DNA of 64,000 bases from Bispira polyomma (taxonomy: Eukaryota), in the NCBI GenBank assembly GCA_965649765.1, contig OZ287759.1, positions 43,710,001 to 43,774,000 of the forward strand, given 5' to 3'. The position numbers and the translations under genes are program-made. Position 1 is the stretch's first letter; the number at the start of each line of letters is the position of its first letter. The notes under the pieces are model-generated. The model was not told the DNA's origin. It was given only the letters and a program-made list of their open reading frames with translations, and searched no databases. Below are positions 36,857 through 49,209 of the stretch, piece by piece.

Positions 36857-38660
36857 TAAAACCAGTCAAAAAATCAGACATAAACATCGAATTTCCAAGA
36901 TGTCTGTCTAAAAGTTGCTTGTACTGTGAACGCTATTGTTATAATGGCGGGCAATTTGAAGACGGTCACTTTATATACTACTCGCAATCAATGAAGCGTG
37001 GAGAGGAAGACTGGTACCCCAAGAACTGAGATCGCCAGCGCTGGGGCACTGCCTTACAAATTATTTCAATGTTTCTTTCAAAGATTCTATAAAATTAGTG
37101 TTTCCAAATTTGTGTTTCTGTTTTAATTATTCTTTCAATTATTCCATTAATTAGGGTTTTAAATGTGTAACCATTCTCCTGTTGTCACCTAAGATATCAT
37201 GATATTTCCCCTTTCCAAATTCTAAATGTTTTAATATCTACCCTTTCTTTAAAATTATATTGTTTTCTGCATACACCATTGTGTGTAATTATTTTAATTC
37301 CATTATTTTAATTTGGTTCCATGTTATGTTTTGGTCTGTGTTTATTTTTATGTTGGCCGCGGCCACCAGTGGGCGTTCACATTAAAATTAATATGTCATG
37401 ATACCTCTTGTGTCAACTTGTATTTCATTTACAATTAATTATGCATCCATTTTACATACATTTTGCCATGTTACACCCAACTGGGTATCCCATTTCATCA
37501 ATAAAACTGTATTAAACTTTATTATTATGATTATTACCTCTTGTGTTTCACTTAACATGTGTTTTATGTATTATTGATTTAAAACAATTCTTTAGTGTGA
37601 CCTTGATTGACCTTTAATTTAGTTTAAGGTTCACTTTAAGTTAAAATCCCTTTTTGATAGTTGTCTTTTTATGCGGCAACTTAGATAAGATCTCAGTGCC
37701 TCAGCTGCAAAAGTCTCATCTTGGCCATGGTGTTTCTACTCTACAGTTTATCTCGACAGGTGTAAAGAACAGGAGATGTTCAGGTGTCACGCTACCACGT
37801 TTACTTGAACATACAAACTAGTATACTGATTTAGTATAATTTAAGCAGTACCTAGGTTGGGGATGTAAGATAGTACAACTTAGATTTGGACTTGGTTGGT
37901 GGGATTCCCAGGTGGTTGGGGACAGTTTGTTGGTCTGGAACCACAGAGGAAATAGCCGACAATAAGGTTGCAATGAGTTTGGTCATCCCCGAGTACTAAA
38001 AAATACTGAAATCAGGTGATAAGGGCAGACATATATAATGGTTGTTTGAGCCATAAATTAACCTGGTGGCAGCTACTTGACTATAAAGTCTCATACTTTA
38101 TTGTTTTGGCCTAAGAAGGTATCCCTGTTCCGCCACATATAAGTCATATTCAGGCTGAGCATACGTTAGAGAATACCGGCCCAGGATAATTAAACCCTTT
38201 GCAAAGAGACTACTGACTGTGCCTGAGAGAATATACAACTAACTACAGGCTGTCCAGAGCAAGGATGATTGTGGTAAATGCATTTTTCATACTGGCCAGC
38301 CATTTTACCTGTCTCTTAACCACAAGACAACAGCTGCCTGATGTGATGAATGACTTGGTGATGCCTTGTTGTTGCCTGCACAACATTATGCGTCTGCTTT
38401 ACCCCCAAGCACATCAAAGACTAGCCGATGATGAAAACCAGGATCATAGATTGGTCAGCGGAAGGTGGACAAATGCTGCAAACATGGCAGACATGGATGA
38501 ACCACAACACGGCAACTGACTGACTGTGGCAGCAAAAAGGTAAAGACTTTATTCAAAGCATTACTACAGCAGCCCAGCAGGTTCTGTGCCATGGCAAGAC
38601 AAGATGATCTAGAAGCTCCTACCACAGGGTTGTAAGACCCAGGCAGTAATGGCAAAAACA

Positions 38661-38681
38661 GGCTCTTTCTAGAGCCACCCA
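38661..38681 (+). promoter_or_regulatory. histone-mRNA-type 3' stem-loop after Harbinger transposase
   Basis: AAAAACA-GGCTCT-TTCT-AGAGCC-ACCCA, 48 nt after the stop codon. Confidence 0.85.
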
Positions 38682-39956
38682 ATTTATTCAAATACAGTTA
38701 TTAAACTGTTTTTGTTCCAAAAAACCTAAAAACAAAACAAAACACAACTGTCCCTGAAAACAACGACTAATGAATTCAAAATCAGTACACAAGGCAAAAT
38801 GCAACCCCCAAAAAATTCAGACAATGATAAGCCACCCACCCAACCCAAACACAAGATGAAGTAAAAAATTAAACAAAGTCTCACAATTGACCCCAACATT
38901 AAATTTTTTTAACCCTTTCTTGAAAGTACCCATACAATATTGTAGCCTGCAAGAGTTCCCAGCTCACATAAGATGCCGCTGAGGCCAAGGGAGGAAGCCC
39001 TTTTGGTGGTGGTTTCTACTAGAGCAGCTCCAGGCGCAGCTGGGTTCCCGGTGCTGTAGCTGTTGCCGGGTACTAGACTGGGGGGTTGATGTGATGGTCT
39101 GAGGTATTGGGGTAGCGTGAAAGTCTCCATCTGGGTTCTTTGTTGCCCGGAAGGACTACCTTTTTTCGCCTTCTTCTGCTGCTCCTGCTCTCTGTGCTCT
39201 TCAGACTTTGTGGTGTACTTCTGCACCATTAGGAAGCTGTCTGTCTTGAATCCATAAACTCCGGGTGAATTGTCTTGATTTAGGCCGAATCCAACCCGCC
39301 TAGGCATCTTGGGACCACACTTCAGTGGGCTTGTGCATGAACTCCTTCCACTGGATCCCCATGGTCTGGCTGGTCTCAGTCCTTTTCCTCAGGGGCACCA
39401 TCAGTTCAGTGACGGTAGAGATGGGTTTGGTCTTCTTTGCCAACCTCCTTCCAGTGTTAACTGGGGTAGGGCTCCTCACATCATTTGCACTGTCCACATC
39501 AATAACATCTCCTGGCTGGTCGCCGCGACTGTTTGTCCGGCTGTTCATTCTTTTAGAAGGAGGTTGGCTCATGGTCTGTTGCTGTGCATCCTATAGATGT
39601 GTTTCTCCAGGTAGGTCATCTTCAATTTTATCCATTTGGCCTTGTCTCCCATGTCGTCTGCTCCAGCGCCTGATTTGCCAGTCTTCCCTGGTACAAATAT
39701 TTTTACGTAAAAGTCACGCACCCCTGGTACCACCCCTTCAGCCTAGTCCCTGTCACCTTGTTCTCTATTGGTTTAACATGGATCTCTTCAGCCTTGTCCT
39801 GCCACATCCTTTTCTGAGAGTCTTTGTAGTCCGAGAACCCACTGCTCCACCCACTCCAGCAAAGCATCCTCCACCTTATTCTCCACAAAGAGTGGGGCAT
39901 TACGTTTCCTCCTCCCCTTCCCCTCACCAGGATCATCATGCCACTGCATACAGTTG

Positions 39957-40118
39957 ATCAAGGTTCTGCATTGAAACCAGCGGCCAACAGTAAGGAACTA
40001 CCACATTTCCCACATAGACATTGACGAGAGGCGAACTGGTGACCATTCAATCTCCAGAGGTGAGAGACCAGTGATTGTGAAGTACACTGCTTGCCTACCA
40101 CTATGCCACCGTGGTCCC
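39957..40118 (-). mobile_element. tRNA-derived SINE, 3'-truncated; same family as 49210-49466
   Basis: Reverse complement aligns with 49210-49362 (TTCACAATCACTGGTCTCTCACCTCTGG; TATGTGGGAAA; GCAGAACCTTGA). Confidence 0.85.
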
Positions 40119-42750
40119 TCACCATATAATGAAGCAATATATATGTATATATGCTTTCCCAAAATGTGCATTTAAAAAAATGTTTTGACAACTAAAGATG
40201 AGGAATGCCCTATTTATATGCTGTGTGTCCCGTTATTGGGGGGGGGGGGGCTTTGAAAGACATGGGGGAGGAAAGTGGTGGCTCAGGATGCCATGTCCTG
40301 TCACCGGAATGGCGTTGGAAGACATAGGGTAGAAAAATATGAATCTGGATGGAAACCTATTGTCACTGGATTACTCGGAGTACAAATGTATTACCAATGG
40401 ATTACCAACGGATTGCTTGTGACGGAAAAGGATTAGCACAGGATGGCTTCCAACATTAACAAAGCACCAATGGCACAGCTTCCTATTGTGATTGGAGTGT
40501 GACTGTTTAGTGAAAGGGGGAAACCGGAGCACAAAGGCTTACAATCGGTTAAACAACAGGCCGCTTGTGACTGGCTGTATTGTTTATCAAAATTTTATTT
40601 CATAATATTGCTGGTATTTCCAATTATGTAAAGTAAAAAAATATGTATGCATTCCATTGCCCTGACATCTAACTACATTTTGTCCCCAAACAATTCCCTG
40701 ATATATTTGGATTTTAATTTTTTAAAAACCTCATACTTGGGCCATGTGGTGCAAGAGGTGAAGTTTGTAATTGTTCTCTGGATATATTTAATTAATTTTT
40801 TAAAGAAAAAAACACACCAATGACATGTGCGTGACAAAATAAATGGAGAAAAAAGTTACAAATAGACATGCAAAGTTGTATTCAAATATATATTTGGAGT
40901 AATATATGGGCCCCAGTTTGTTCTGGATAGGCTCTGTACCTCTAAAAGCAAGCCGAGGCCGACACCATGCAACTGCAATGAGGAGACAAGCAGCTCTGTT
41001 GTGAGCTGTTTGGTGAGTAAAACACACTATCTTGATTACTGATCCGGAAATGACTTACATATTTTCATGAACAGCACACCCTTTTGATCGCTTCCTGAAG
41101 CGATTTTGAGTGATCTTTCATGACACGTTGTCACACAGACAGAGAAAATAGACCTCCGTTACATAACGACTGGACAAAGCGGGAACGCGAAAGGAACAGT
41201 GTGAAAGCCCCATAGAAACCTATCCTATTTGATTGCTAAAGTATTATTCATTAATATATGTTGCGTGTAAATAAGATCAATGTTCTCAGATTATCATAAA
41301 TATGTTGAAACAACAACACAATAATTCTTTGTTGTACATTTTCTATAAAAAAAGCATAGTTTCAGTTGTAGATAATTAGTAAAATGCAACTATGCTTACA
41401 TTAAACATCTGTATTATCATTATGTATATTCTAAACTTTTGATAAAAGTATGTTTGTAAATTACAAAAGAGCTGTAAAATACACATATATTAACTAGAAG
41501 TGCACTGAATAAACCACATACCTCCGCTATGGTGTAAATGCCAAAACGTGAAAAAATAATGGTTCCCCCATTTTGTACAGATAAGTTAAAAAATTTGATA
41601 TATTCTTCCATGGCTTTTACCCCATCCACTAGCAAACTATATGGTTCTTACATATCTGGATGAGCTCATATGCTTTGGTGATTGTAATATTCACAGACTA
41701 TTACAAACTCCTTCCACTCCAGCCAGTCAAATTCCACATAAGATCACTTCAAAAATCGAACTGGTCTGTGATTTAGATACAGACCCAGACGTATCAAAAA
41801 GTAGATAAATAAATTATTTGACGAATTTTCTTGTAGTAGGTATAAGGTAAAATAGTCATTAATGTACACAGTGATACTTGGCTTTATCCAGTGACATGCA
41901 CTTCAATTTCATGGTTCCTTCAATTAAAATCATTTCTGCCAAAATACCAAAATGCAAAACATATGCTGTTATATCAACTCGATACATATTTAATAGAGTC
42001 ACTGTCATAACCAAAACATTCATAACATTGTACAGAAACTTTCAATCAAATGCCTTTTCAAAATTAATCAGCATCAAGTGACTAGGCCAAGCATACCTTT
42101 AAGTTGTGTCTTAAGTAGCAAGTCATAGTTTGGTCTTGTATTTTCATTTATCAATCTGGACAATTTAAAAAAAAAATTTGATATGAAGCAGGCTCAATGC
42201 AAAGAAACAGGTAATCTGGTATGGTATGTCAAACTACCATAGCAATGCAAAGTGAAACTGATTTGCTCCCCTGAACAACTATTTGGAAACTATTGGAAAC
42301 TTGGATTTATCTGCATAATACTTTTGCAAAGCATAAGCATTATGCTGCATCTAACTTCTCTTGTTTAGATTATCACAAGGCATGTTTTTATTTATGTGGC
42401 TTGATTTTTGCCACAGCCAGAAGTACATCGAAACACACACCCTTCTTCACAATAAATATCGAAATATTTGTTGTCGTTTTACATATGCAATATCACACTC
42501 CCCAAACAATAAATTTACTGTATGCGGTACAATGCTTGCCAGACAACGTTGATTTATTATTGCCTGATCGGTCGCCCAACCAGATTTTCAGGATTCTTGC
42601 AGGTATTACAAATATATGTGTGAATAATGACACCAAAGTAAAATTTGAATCAGGCTCAGAGACATTCTTGGAGAGGGATAATTTAGTAAAAAGTAATCTA
42701 TCTTTCAGAGAATCCAAAGAAGAAATGGTGATGTGTTATGAATACTTAGT

Positions 42751-43099
42751 GTTTGGCTTAAAACTCACCTAACGTTCTGATGTGCTATGTTGCGAGGCAA
42801 AATAAAGGGCTACTAATAAAACAAAAGATTAAAACTGACAATGAGTTGCCATTTTGGTGGAGTGCGTTGCATTTTTCATTTTTGTGTTGTCAGTTGAGTT
42901 ACAAAAGAAAGTTACATGGGCTTTTTTTCGCAACGCAACGCATGTTTCTAATATGAAACACAGGGTAGTCTGGAAATACATCAATAACGCAATGCTAACG
43001 CAGATAAAAATGCATTAATTAGTTTTCTAAAACTGCAAATGCAAGCAAAATTGCTAATGCAAATGCAAGCACAAATGCTAGGTGAGTTTTGGACCAAAC
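42751..43099. mobile_element. MITE ~350 bp
   Basis: TIRs GTTTGGCTTAAAACTCACCTA / TAGGTGAGTTTTGGACCAAAC; internal AACGCA/AATGCA repeats. Confidence 0.7.
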
Positions 43100-45748
43100 C
43101 AGTCAGTGTGCGATGTAACTGTGGTCGCGCTCAACTGCCGTGACTAACTCTTCGGTCCATCTATGAACTTGTAAAATTTAGATGCCCAACTTGCAAGTAA
43201 CTTTTTAAGGTTAATTTCTGATTAGTTGCGACATTTTACTCTCATATTTGATACATATTTCTTCATTTTCTAAGAGTTTTGCAAGGTCATTGTTGTTTAC
43301 CTTCTTTGTGAATCAATCTAAGAAGCATTTTCATTGGCTAAATACTGGGCTGTTGCTAAAATTCGTGGGCAATTCAAAATTCTCATATAAAATAGTAGAA
43401 TGACTTTGAATATATGAAGTGCCAAAGTTATTTCGCATTGATAAAAAATAATATTATATACTATGAATTTAACATTCATTCCCAAAGTAACACAATTTGT
43501 CTGTTGAATTTTGAGTGGTTGTCATTCGGAACTACTTGCATATTTAAAAGTATATAGGGTCAATCATGCTTACTATTTTGATTAGTAATACTGTGGGTGG
43601 GTAAAACTCGGAACTCCATTGTGAACTCCCTGGGAGAGCAAAATCGGCTAAATTGTGGCAGAAAATGTCTAGAAGTCGAATATGTGGCTATAAACTCACC
43701 TAGAAGTCTGGGAGGTGGCTGTAAAGTTGTATAGAAGTCTGGAAGGTGGCTGTAAAATTGCCTAAAAGTCTGGCAGATGACTATAAAATGGCCCGGGGTT
43801 CTGGTAAGTAGGTGCAACATTACTTAGGGGTCTGGAAACTGGCTGCTGTAAACTTGCCAATAGGTCTGCGAAGTGGCTGCAAAATTACCCGGAAGTTTGG
43901 GAAGTGGATGTTGATTTCCTAGAGGTGTGATAGGTTACTATAAAATTGCCTTGGTGTCTTGGAAGTGGCTGTAAAATTGCCACGGTTCTGGGAGTGGTTG
44001 TAACATTACTTAGGGATAAGTAAAGAGGCTGTAAAATTTCAGGATGTACACATCTATTTTAGCTCACAATGTCACTGTATATGTCTGTCTGCAAGCTTAT
44101 ATCTAGGTCTCATATAGACAAACCAGCAAAAAGAAGACACCACAAACATTTTTGTATCTATCAGTGAGTTTATGTTTCAACTTTGTTTCAGATTTGTCTA
44201 CATTCGAAGCACTTCGTTCATAACCCTGAGTATCCATAAGCATCAGTGGAGCTGCTGGGTACATTTTAGGATGTTTAAAACATTTGTGGCAGAAAGCTTG
44301 TTTGTGACGATTTTTGTGGGAGACGGGGCAGTTGCGCATACATCTTGATTAGTTTTAATTAGTTTTGGAACATTACTTATCAGTAGCAGGTTGTGTTAGC
44401 TTGTTGTACATTTGTGTCAAGACGTAGCAGTAAGTAACCATTCGTTTGTATTAGCGACGTATCAGTGGGTATTCCTTGGTATTTGTGATGTCTTTGTTTC
44501 TTATTGGTGGGGATTGGTGTCAGTGGGTGTTAGTGGTCGTGTCAGTTATGTGGTACAGGTTCATTTCAGATTATCCCAAAAGCACCACATCTTTGTGATG
44601 GTGGGATTGGGGAGGGTTTGAGGAGGTCTATTCGTGGATGAAAGTCCCCGAACCAGGATTTGTTAGATGCTACAAATACTGATGAATAAACATCTGTGTG
44701 AGATCAGGTCTTTGCTTACAAGTGCCGAATTTGTTCATATTTAGAAGAACTACCCGTGTTTATGAATTCATACAATGTCCAGACATTTATTGAGAAACCA
44801 TCAAATATACTATTACCAAAGCACTTCATCAAAAGTAGTTCAAATTAAACCTCAAAGAGTTAACCTCTACGTTTAACTGTTATATTGTGTTGACTTTACC
44901 ACAATTACATATTACAAATCTGTACATATGTATGACTTATGATGATTATGTGTATTGGTGGTGAAAATTTGGACCTGGCGATAAATAAAAAAAGGGGAGT
45001 AGCATTGATATAAAGCAACAGAGATATTCAAATATAATACCCCTGTTCCACTTAACCAATCATAGCTCCCAACCATCTCGATCTGATGATCTGGAGCTAC
45101 TCAGGGGTACAATTGGGAGTTGCTTCCGACTTATTTTTGGCTATCAGCAGCAATCGGGCCACTTGCTCAGGTTTTTAAACGTATTTGAAAACCTGTGCGA
45201 TAGGGTGACACACAATACCAATCAGGAGCAATTGGGAGCAATCGACTTATCGTTATGCCCAATGTTTTCAACGACCTATCTTTACAATCATCCCCGCCCA
45301 GGACCCAAATTGTGAGCAATTTTACAGAAAACCATTCTGAGTGATCGCGCCATCCCAATGATAGATTGGGAAGTCATCAACTTATCAGCCGTTGGTCCTG
45401 ACTTATCTTGTCATATGCTAAGAATAACTTGTTGGACTGTAAAGTTAACTTAGGCATGGTTTCCAATAGCATTGTAAAGATAACTCTTGAACACAACAAC
45501 TCAGGCCTGACAATGATAACTTGCGAGTGCATTTTTTTTGCTCACGAGTCAAATCGGAGGACCACAAACATATAAAAGGATACCATGACAGTAATCTTCA
45601 TCTCATTTAATTTTTAGCACCGAAGAGTACACATCAGAAAGTGGCAATTTTCATTGAATATATATTATAAGTTTAGGTCCTTGCTTTTTTGTTGTGAGTT
45701 ATAAGTTTAAAAGTTTTATATTGTACATTGTATATTTTTTGATTAAAT

Positions 45749-47120
45749 ATGCCACCCAAGAAGAGAGGATGGAAGAGGAAGATGGTGACTTATTATGAGG
45801 AGGAGGCTAGGGAGTTTAATGTTAACATACCTGAAGATGCTCTGACTGTGGTACCGGAGACCCAGTTATCTCAGTTTACAGCCCTGCAAGACACAGCAGA
45901 AACCCAGGATACAGAGGGACACGATTTAACTTGTGACGCCGAGGTGGCGGTCTTTTCCAGAAAGCAGATGAAGGAGCAGATGCAGACAGTGCTACTGACC
46001 GACAAACTGGAGGAGGCTGTCATCGACTTCCTCAAGGACAATGAGGGGCTATACAACACACACTGCACTGATTACAAGGACAACCAGAAAAAAAGAGTTC
46101 TGCGGGGTAAGGGGGCTTGATACTGGGGACATCAAGAAGTGGTTTCAGTCCCAGAGCACCATCTACGGGAAGATGAGTGTGCCAAAATCAGGTGAAGTCC
46201 CCCCCCCCCGGAGTTGACAGACAGATAAAGCCGGGTGAAGGACAACTTCAAGTTCCTGCTGACTCACATCATCCGCCAAGTGAACAGGACGGAGGGGTTC
46301 AAGTCCATCTCATCTGCCTTTGCTTCTGCTGGTCGTGGGTCGCAGACACCAACAGGGTCCCAGTCTGACACAGACCAGGCTAAACTGGAGGTGGAGGAGT
46401 CCTTACCGTTGTTGGCACCAGCTAGACTTTTCCAACAGTCATCTACCTATGGAGGGCAGTCCACTCCGACCCACTGTAATGCAATGACAGCCGACTTTAA
46501 GGATAGCATGTCCACGATGGAAGATAGGATAGCCGGCTTCCTGAAGGATGCCGTCAAACCAAATTCTGAGAAACCAAGAGCTACCTTCATGAACTGGCTC
46601 TCCTTAGAGACTGATAAACTGTTGGAAACTTTGTTCAACACTTTCAGAAAAGAGCAACTTACAGGAACAGTCTCAACAGGGGGTTGGACTCACACACCTC
46701 TAGCAAAGACCACAACAGTATCCACAATTTCAACCACAGCCAAGTACCACCTATGATATGGGGTCACCTACTTTTGTCCCACAGCAGCAACAGCAAGAAC
46801 AGCTGTAAATGTACCACATACAGCAATAACAACTCAGACCACAGATGTCACAACCTCCAAACCATTCACCCATCAAGACAGTTCAACAGTCACCAACACC
46901 AAGTGGAAGTGTAGCTAGTATATCTGATATCATGGGGACTATTCTGGCAATAGACAATCCCGGATCAGCTCAACAGTCTCATCAATGGTCAGACATATGG
47001 GCATAGGCCCAGGGGATATAAGCTACCAGAGCATTGACACAACTTCACATTATGAGCATCAGATAACAGACACAACCACCACAGCCCCCTCCTTAGCCCA
47101 AACCTCTGTTGAACCTGGTA
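45749..47120 (+). pseudogene. Harbinger MADF/Myb-SANT-like accessory protein
   Basis: MPPKKRGWKRK (NLS-like); EEAVIDFLKDNEGLYN...DYKD...IKKWFQSQST; Q/S/T-rich tail; TATAAAA at ~45571. Confidence 0.75.
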
Positions 47121-47142
47121 GACCAGGAGAGTGTACACGTCA

Positions 47143-47163
47143 AAACCTTTTCAGGGCCACCCT
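47143..47163 (+). promoter_or_regulatory. decayed histone-type stem-loop after MADF-like gene
   Basis: AAACCT-TTTC-AGGGCC-ACCCT; loop, 3' arm and ACCC are canonical, 5' arm damaged. Confidence 0.6.
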
Positions 47164-47620
47164 AATGTTTTAAAAATATTATCCAAGCTGTTTGTAAATT
47201 TAAAAAAAAACCTCACTACAAGAAGCATACTAGCCCAAAAAAAAACTTATCATACGTAAACACATAACAAAAACAATACTTGGCCCCTCCCCATAGAAAT
47301 AAAAATACACTGTTAAATTTTCAACTTGTGAAAGCCTTTAAAATATAACTCTGTTAACAACATTGTATGTATATAGGGGCAGGTAGTTTTTGACATAAGT
47401 CTATTTGATGGGGACAACAACTAAAAAAAGTTGTATTTAAGTATTTAAAATATTTCTACTGGGAGAGGCTATTATTTATCAGAGTTGTATTTGAAGGGGT
47501 TTTAATTCTGTTTTTATTTGTGTGTGCGTGAGGTAATTTATTTTGTGGGGCCAGTTCGCTTTTTATAGTGAGGTTTTATTTTCATTTAACAAACAGCTCA
47601 GATAATGTTTTTGGAACATT

Positions 47621-47641
47621 ATGGTGGCCCTGAAGAGGGCC
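47621..47641 (-). promoter_or_regulatory. histone-mRNA-type 3' stem-loop after Harbinger transposase
   Basis: AACCAATC-GGCCCT-CTTC-AGGGCC-ACCAT on minus, 25 nt after the inferred stop TGA (47669-47667). Confidence 0.88.
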
Positions 47642-47666
47642 GATTGGTTCTTCTTGCAGCTCAGCT

Positions 47667-48900
47667 TCATATTCTGTCGTTCTGGCACTGCCCCCTCATT
47701 GAGAAAGTACCCCATCAGTAGCTCACTCATTTGCTGCCCTGCTTAGATTTCTGTGGTCAGGGGGTTAGTGGTCTCCCACCAGTGCTTCCTGTGGGATGGG
47801 TGGGTCATCTTCGCTGTTTGCCTGGGGCTTTGCCTGGTTGATGGTGGTTGTTATCATATTATGCAAGACAACCCAGGCCATGTTTACAGTGGCTACCACT
47901 GTTGGTTCTTGTTGCATTGTTGTCACCAAGAGAAGGAATCTATGGACTAGTATTCCAAATTAATTCTCCAAAACCCTTCAACCCCTGGAAATTCTTTAGT
48001 TATATATGTGCTCGTAGGGGTTCATTCCTTGTCTGAAGAAGGGCTTCATCAGCCAGGGCTTTAGGGAAAATGTGTCGTCACCCAAGATAAAGTAGAGAAT
48101 GGGGGCCTAAAAGCACTTATGGCTTCAGTGGGGAAGTTGACTGAGCCATCTTCTATCCACTGTTTCAGTTCAGATTGATTGAAGATCTGTGCATCTAAGC
48201 TGGAGCTACTGGATCCAAGGTCCACCCAGAGGAATCTGTATTCTGCGTCAACGAAAGTCAGCATTACAATCTAGTGGAACCCTTGTAATTGAAGTATTCG
48301 CTCCACCCTTTCCTTGGGCATCTAATTGCAATGTGTTTTCCATCGATGGAGCCCATGACATTGGACACATTCCACATCTGCCAGTACTGAGCCTTCACCC
48401 TCTTCCAGCTCTCTGGAGTTGCAGGGCAAGACAAGAATTCCTCCTGGTATTCATCAATGATTGCCTGGCATACATGGAGGACTAACTTGGTAATGGTGGA
48501 CCTCCCGACTGCAAAGGAGTAATGTAGGGAACTGTCGATCTTCAGTCTAGGGAACAGTGGCTTCCTAAACCAGGTGGCCTGCTTCTCGATCCTATGCCTC
48601 ACCCTACTCTTTACCTTTTGGAGTGCATCATGGGCCATCCTCATGAAGTTACAGTATGACTCCCCATCTTGTAGTTCCAGGCATGGGAGAAGTGCACAGT
48701 AATGCCCATGTTCTTCACGTTGCTGGGCCATGGCTTTACCCAAAATCGATGTCTAGCCCTTCCTCGTGTGATGACTTTCCATTGAACTGTTATTCTTTGT
48801 GTCTGTCTCTCTTCCAAACATTTCTATTGTTCTTTGCAGATGTAAAAAACCCATCACTTGCAGTTGCACTGAAGCAAATAAAACTTGAATTACCCTCATA
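47667..48900 (-). pseudogene. PIF/Harbinger DDE transposase
   Basis: NVMGSIDGKHIAIRCP, YFNYKG, VDAEYRFLWVDLG, DAQIF, and C-terminal YFLNEGAVP; frameshifts and deletions. Confidence 0.92.
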
Positions 48901-49209
48901 ATCTCTATTACACTTTGTAGAACCATCTTGACAATTAAGATTTCAGATAAGCAACCTATATATAGGGTTGATACTTGACAATCTTGGACATTTCGAGGTT
49001 CCCACCAACGTTAATTACCAGGATCTGTTGGAGTAATCGAGCAGCCTCCCTGAGTCATCGTGAACCACTATGAGTGGATCGGGCAGCCTCCCCGAGTTAT
49101 CTTTACTATCGTAAGCAGTACTATCGACTTATCGCCCCGGATGGAGATGGTTGGGATGGCCATTCCTGCATCGGGAAGTCAAATTGGGCCGATTGTTAAG
49201 AACGGAACC

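Larger units (their letters stand above)
31890..37000 (-). mobile_element. tyrosine-recombinase retrotransposon 2 (best preserved)
   Basis: gag with Cys/His finger CKFYQDGSCKFPNSH...HVCEACGRTHKTNTC (35869..36237); RT 33787-35227; RNaseH 33419..33856; YR 32395..33291; TATA-like at ~36970-36978; outer limits approximate. Confidence 0.95.
38170..40500. mobile_element. truncated PIF/Harbinger transposon (transposase 3' part on +, MADF/Myb-like gene on -)
   Basis: NYRLSRARMIVVNAFFILA...CCLHN...GSVPWQDKMI* (stop 38610-38612); MADF-like YKDSQKRMWQDKAEE...LKGWY (39703..39939); TATA on minus at ~40211-40219; putative right end ~40498. Confidence 0.85.

Noticed and set aside
38880-39010. Stem-loop after the MADF-like gene of the truncated Harbinger
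   Set aside because: None found on minus; only CAAGAAAG at ~38914-38922. The 3' end may be deleted, so this gene neither supports nor clearly contradicts the stem-loop finding.
39325-39957. 210-aa plus-strand ORF and similar antisense ORFs (35253..35804, 42293..42772, 2017..2235)
   Set aside because: Shadow frames of TE genes or composition-driven ORFs with no recognisable motif or splice support.
47100-47700. Captured histone gene as the source of the stem-loops
   Set aside because: No histone-like coding sequence is adjacent to any of the four hairpins in the ORF track.
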